A DNA stretch of 49,621 bases, counting the filler, from Cladosporium halotolerans (Eukaryota): assembly GCF_011745625.1 (NCBI RefSeq). It is 2 parts of 2 records of this genome, joined end to end, with 100 filler letters (N's around TTAATTAATTAA, not from the genome) between each part and the next. Parts side by side here need not be neighbours in the genome. Positions count along the whole stretch, not along the records: positions 24,915 to 49,621 come from NW_027191540.1; 1 more part is not named here. One strand, given 5' to 3'. Numbering within the stretch: position 1 is the stretch's first letter; every line of letters begins with the position of its first letter. Below the pieces are notes generated by a model. It saw only the letters and a program-made list of their open reading frames with translations. It was not told the DNA's origin and made no database searches. The translations under genes and the position numbers were made by a program. Shown piece by piece: positions 47,690 to 49,621 of this stretch.

Positions 47690-47823
47690 AAAAATGAATG
47701 TACTCCTTCTCGGAGCCCCTTTCGGGTTGATATGTATTGTCAAGACCACTTGACAGACCACTTGACCGCACTCTAAGAGTACGTACCTTTGGGGGGCGGG
47801 TGTGAGGTCGCAACCTCACACCC
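47690..47823 (-). ncRNA. Predicted structured small RNA, copy 3 (134 nt)
   Basis: TATATTAA starting at 47853 (-30); same 5' hairpin and 3' module as copy 1; T5; B box GGTTCAAATCC at 47673-47683. Confidence 0.65.
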
Positions 47824-48104
47824 AAGCGACGTCACACGAAATAATTTAATATACTCTCAACTGTAGCTGGGCAACACAGGCACCTTACGACGTTCTTGCT
47901 CCCCCTCGGCGTACTTCACAGTCTGCTACTACCTCTCACTCGATCGATTCGTGAGCCGCGTTTCCAGCACCTCTTTTGCTGTCATCTTCACTCGTATTCC
48001 ATCTCACGCAACGGACTATCTCCCGCAGCGGCTGCCTTCGCCCTTGACCTATATCTGCTCCCTCGCGCCGCACCAGTCCTTTCTTCGTTTTCAGCACCGC
48101 CAGT

Positions 48105-48941
48105 ATGAGCGTCGAGATCGCAGACCTTCGCAGCTACCTTCGATCGCATTGCGAGGGCAACATGTCGCTGCGAGAGAGCATCGCCACTACCATGGACGAC
48201 GAGATCGCCTTCGCCGACGTACGGGTTGCTTCTATCTTCTCGCCCGATGAGCAGGGCATGGATTTCAACGCTGGCGCAGGCGACGCCTTCCACCTCGACG
48301 ACATCGAGGCGGCGATGCGCTTCCTCTGGGAGGAGTTCAACCATGGTACGACCATCGCCGCGAACGCCATGTATGCGTTCTTCATCAATCACACTCTGGA
48401 GCTGGACGCGCAAGAGCTCGTCACTATGGCTCGCGCACGCGACGGCACCCTTCTGTTCGGCGCAAGGCAGAGACCTTTGCCATACCACGAGCGATACGTG
48501 CTCAACCTCAAGATCGTACTGCACATAGGCGGATACGACGAGATCATCAACCCGCGCGAGACGATCAAAGCGCTCATCCACGTTCTCCCTGGCGTCCGAG
48601 AATGCTTCCCGAATCTCCGCGACGTATTGCTGCAGCTCGAGTGGCACCAGGCAGAAGAGGAGATCAGCTTGTTCCGCTCGCTGAAGCACGCGTTTACGGT
48701 CAACGAAAAACCGTTCACATTCTACTACTTCGAGCTGCTCAACGCCTTCCGCCGCCGAATGCCTCGCGACTTGAATAGCCGCTTCGCCAGCTACCACAAA
48801 GGTCGCAATATGCGCGTGCCGAAGGACATGGATGCAGTCAATCCATACAAGAGCGGGGCAGAGATACCGGGCGTTTCGGCCATGAGGATGATGCGACTGG
48901 ATACGGAGTACAAGAAAGCTGCTTGGGGGATGCCTTCGTAG
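48105..48941 (+). CDS. Hypothetical protein, 278 aa, no recognised domain
   Basis: Intronless ATG-to-TAG ORF with strong third-position C/G bias and a pyrimidine-rich leader; divergent from the RNA cluster. Confidence 0.75.
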   Translation: MSVEIADLRSYLRSHCEGNMSLRESIATTMDDEIAFADVRVASIFSPDEQGMDFNAGAGDAFHLDDIEAAMRFLWEEFNHGTTIAANAMYAFFINHTLELDAQELVTMARARDGTLLFGARQRPLPYHERYVLNLKIVLHIGGYDEIINPRETIKALIHVLPGVRECFPNLRDVLLQLEWHQAEEEISLFRSLKHAFTVNEKPFTFYYFELLNAFRRRMPRDLNSRFASYHKGRNMRVPKDMDAVNPYKSGAEIPGVSAMRMMRLDTEYKKAAWGMPS

Positions 48942-49621
48942 TCATATGTAAGAGCCATGGACTGTGGATCCCTTTTGCGCCCGTCGAGATCCTGTCGGGC
49001 CCGCCATTTGCATCCTCCTTTCTCAAATCTCATTGTGAACAGTGCTTGAGAATTCACACTAATTCTCCCTCTTTGAAATGTTCCCAGTGGCTCCCCTAGC
49101 TGCTGGGCTAGGCGGAGAGGATCAGTCTCGCCTGAATAGAGCCCATTGTAGCGATGGCACTTCCAATTTTTACGCAGAAGAGTGTCGCTAGTCTGCGTAT
49201 TGAAGCGCTGCCATTCTAAACATGTCCTTGCGGCAGAGGTAGGCATAGTGAGCGGCTTTCGTGAGCGTAAGAATGGCCAAAACTTGATACGGTTGCACCT
49301 CTCGCAAGCTATGTATCGACTGTCACGAAGCCAATCCTTGTCCTCTTTGTTCCTTTTTTCTTCACTGAATCCGATCTCAGGTCTCCCTACCTTGCGCTCC
49401 TCCTTGTTCTGCCACGCCTTCTTTCTCAATCATGTACTCGTATGTTCCGGTCCCCCTGACCATGGCAACGACCAATCTTGCAAGGATCAAATGTACACCA
49501 GCGACGTCGCCGGGGGCACCAGTCAGTGCTGTTATTGGTTCGGTTGGTGCTGGTTCTGTGGTCAAACCGACACCAACCGGCAACTCGACATGTAAGAACC
49601 ATTTGACCAGATGGTGAACCA

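Noticed and set aside
47286..47853. CRISPR array, tRNA cluster or U6 snRNA
   Set aside because: Eukaryotic context with no cas genes, and units have their own promoter-like elements. The T-arm does not form a 5-bp stem and there is no cloverleaf. The U6 ACAGAGA box and catalytic core are absent.
48791..49583. Minus-strand ORF pieces at the window end
   Set aside because: Broken across frames, overlapping the 48105-48941 gene, no recognisable domain.
1..49621. Starship captain (tyrosine recombinase), Helitron or Fanzor/TnpB nuclease
   Set aside because: No DUF3435/YR, Rep-Hel or RuvC motifs seen in any ORF.

Overview
Eukaryotic DNA from a filamentous ascomycete (Dothideomycete-like gene set; inference), in two segments joined by an artificial 100-bp gap linker at 24815-24914. 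Left segment: the N-terminal ~790 codons of an Ssk2/SskB-type HOG-pathway MAPKKK (minus strand, runs off the window and is missed by the ORF track), followed by a ~22-kb stack of nested transposons. The stack holds a Fot1/pogo element containing a solo LTR, a hAT element inside a Tad1-like LINE, and six LINE copies or 3' ends, all on the minus strand. Right segment: gene-sparse DNA with an S28 serine peptidase, an RBR E3 ligase, SLX9, two orphan ORFs and decayed ORF remnants. The most interesting signal is a tandem cluster of three predicted small structured RNA genes at 47286-47853 (minus). Each has a TATA-like box exactly 30 nt upstream of a 26-nt 5' hairpin with compensatory changes, a variable middle, a conserved two-hairpin 3' module, an oligo-T run and a downstream B box. 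I do not recognise the RNA family.
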